Assembly: GCA_951406725.2 (NCBI GenBank)
Contig: OX597814.1
Location: 170,686,001 to 170,750,000, forward strand
Direction: 5' to 3'
From: Octopus vulgaris
Lineage: Eukaryota
DNA: 64,000 bases
Part shown: piece after piece, positions 61,501 to 64,000 of the stretch
Layout of the letters: each line of letters opens with the position of its first letter
Numbering within the stretch: position 1 is the first letter of the stretch
Program-made: the position numbers and the translations under genes
Notes under the pieces: generated by a model
Databases searched by the model: none
Told to the model about the DNA's origin: nothing
The model's input: only the letters and a program-made list of their open reading frames with translations

Positions 61501-63891
61501 CGGCGTTTGTGAGAGATGAATGAAGCCAGCTCAACCCACCCCGGGTGAATGGTGTCTCAAGACAAGAAGATGTTTAGGAAAACTGGAAGAAGTCTTTAAC
61601 ATTTCAAACCTATGCTCTTCTACAAACAGGATAGAATGACAACAGTAGAAGAAAGCTGGAGAGAAAATAAACAAAACAAATAGGTTTGAATTAAGTGGTC
61701 ATTGCATGTGTGCATATGCTCACATAACAGGCTTCTACACAATGTCTATCTTACAAGTTTTACTTCATAAGGTATACCATATTGGTCAATGCAATAGTGT
61801 AAAAACCACATTGGTCAACTTCATGGTGTAAAACACCTAAACTGATGCACATAAACAGCATTGATCCTGGAACCAAGTGGCTGCAAAGTAGACTTCTTCA
61901 CTATATGCACCCGTTATGTGTTATGTGTCAGATAAAATAATCATTCGAACATAGTGAGTGATTATAGTTTGAGGAGTGGCTGGCTTGTAAAATCAAAATG
62001 TTTATGGTCTAAATCTCTCTCTTTCTTTCTTTCTTTCTGAATTGCACTATGCAGCAAACAACTGCAGTCAGCAGCAGAAGCAGAGAAGAAGATGTGTAGC
62101 ATTTGGCATTTTTCATTTTCATATGCATGAAGAGATGATTAGATCTGAAAGTGAGTCATGATCATTTATTAGGTGTTGAAAGGCAAAACACTTTCTCTCT
62201 CTCTCTCTCTCTCTTTTTTTATTTCCCCCCAGCCTTTCTTCCGTTGAGCAACCATCATCACAACCATCACCACCATTTGCTGCTGATTATAATCTGATTC
62301 ATCAGTTGAAAACAGAAACTCACAGAGCCATCTTGAAAGAAGAGATTGACCCTTTTGATCCCCGCCTCCACTACCATCCTTTTTCCTCCTCTTCATCATC
62401 ATCATCAACAACAGCAGTAACACACATGACTCTGAACGTTACTGAAAGGTATCATCTAGAAAGTAGCCTAGATGCTTTAAAGTTCTTATATTTGTAATAG
62501 ATATCTAAATATGGCAATGAGGATGAACACACGGTAAGAACGATAATGTTGATGATAATAAAGAAAGGAAACTAGGAGAAAAATGCCAAGGAGAAAGCAA
62601 CTGTTAAGAAGACTGTATCATCTTGTGGATGTTGTTTCGGTCCAAGTATTCCTGTGTAGACCAATGAAAAAAGCATTCCAGCCATGACCATCCAGTTTAT
62701 TTCCAGAAAGTGTCACCAAAATCATTAATGAAAATTGTGTCTTTTTTGTTTTAATACAATGTATGGTCTGAGGAAAATTTGGCAACTATTTCTAGCAGGT
62801 CAAATGACCACATAGAGGCTACCATGTTGCTTTTAAGTGTACGCTAGTGAAGTGCTTGTGTGCATGGGCATGTGAGAATATGTTCTTGTAGTTTTTAAAT
62901 AACATTAAAAATAATATCTCTGAACAGTAACTGGAACAATTCTGTGTAGAAGGCATACATCTGAATATGAAAGTATTTGAAGAAACATAGGAGGATATAG
63001 ACCAGACACAGACTAATTCCTATACTTATTTTATCTTGGTCAAATATCTTCTAATATTTTCTGATAAAAGAGGCCTCTTTCTTTCAGGTTGTTTTTTTTT
63101 TCTTTTTTTTACCTTCCTCATAAGAAAATTTCCAAATTATTAATTAACTAACACAAGGAAATATATTTATATTTTTTTATGTTCTGAAGATTTAGTAACA
63201 AAATAAATATGTAAGGAAAAACAAACAAATTCTTGTATATCCTCAATATTGCAATTTTTAGGTGCATAAGATGAATGCACTTAAAGAAGAAGAATGATTC
63301 AGCTGTCAATATTTCATCCACACTTCAACAATTCCACAAACACATCTTTATTATTATTACTATGTGACTAACATAAAAGAGTGGCCATCATCAACAAAGA
63401 CTGTTGAAGAGTGGAGAAAAATCAAATAAAATGAGAAATACACCCAATAGTTTTTTTTTTCTCCCCATTATTATAATTTTCCTCGTTTTCCTTTTTTTTT
63501 TTTTTGGAGGGGAAGGAGCAATATTATGGGTTCATATTAAGAAGAGGTTAAAACTTCAAAACAGGGACGTTTGTATGATATACTTATTGTTTTTGTATAC
63601 CTTGTTTATATACATATATATTTGTGTAAAAAAAAAAACAAAAAACGCATTGATAACATTTATTTGTGTGTTTGTGTGTGTGTGTGTGCATGCGTGCACG
63701 CTATACAGACATGTGCACTTTCTAACTATCAAAATTTGCAACTTAGTTGTTTCCAGTTAAATGCATGTGTCTATAATATGACAGAGTGATTAAGTAACTT
63801 GTTAAAGGGTGAAACTTGAAGTCCTAGTCACATTCACATTATCAACAATAGTAATTATATATATAATATAATATATATACATGAAATATTA

Positions 63892-63932
<41 letters not shown>

Positions 63933-64000
63933 GTATTTAGGAATGGTCATGTTGCCAGTTTAGCCAATAAAAACACACGCATTATATATTTGGTGTTACT

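Noticed and set aside
1723-63789. Numerous [20 protein letters not shown] ORFs in the track
   Set aside because: They are translations of (TA)n, (CA)n, (GA)n, (TACA)n and (AAT)n microsatellites.

Overview
This is an AT-rich, microsatellite-dense eukaryotic window. The SINE/LINE repertoire and (TA)n/(CA)n/(AAT)n load are most consistent with a coleoid cephalopod such as Octopus (inference). Only one host coding exon is well supported: a minus-strand terminal exon at 41127-41351 encoding an acidic, Ser/Pro-rich C-terminus ending ...PMKRAKI*, gene unidentified. Almost all ORFs in the supplied track are microsatellite or repeat artefacts. The rest is tRNA-derived SINEs of several families, 3' LINE fragments (RTE, CR1, L2/Daphne-like, R4/Dong), deleted Tc1/mariner elements (mellifera-like mariner, DD37D maT), two non-autonomous Helitrons, MITEs and two minisatellites. 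The most interesting signal is a set of at least 4-5 mutually dissimilar short elements inserted as head-to-head palindromes whose arms carry minimal type I hammerhead ribozymes, resembling Penelope pseudo-LTRs or retrozymes. One family has a tRNA-type Pol III head and sits as a double palindrome inside a 12-bp target-site duplication (TSD). Another carries a compensatory G3:C8 swap in the catalytic core. All alignments and folds were read by eye; coordinates of degraded repeats are approximate.
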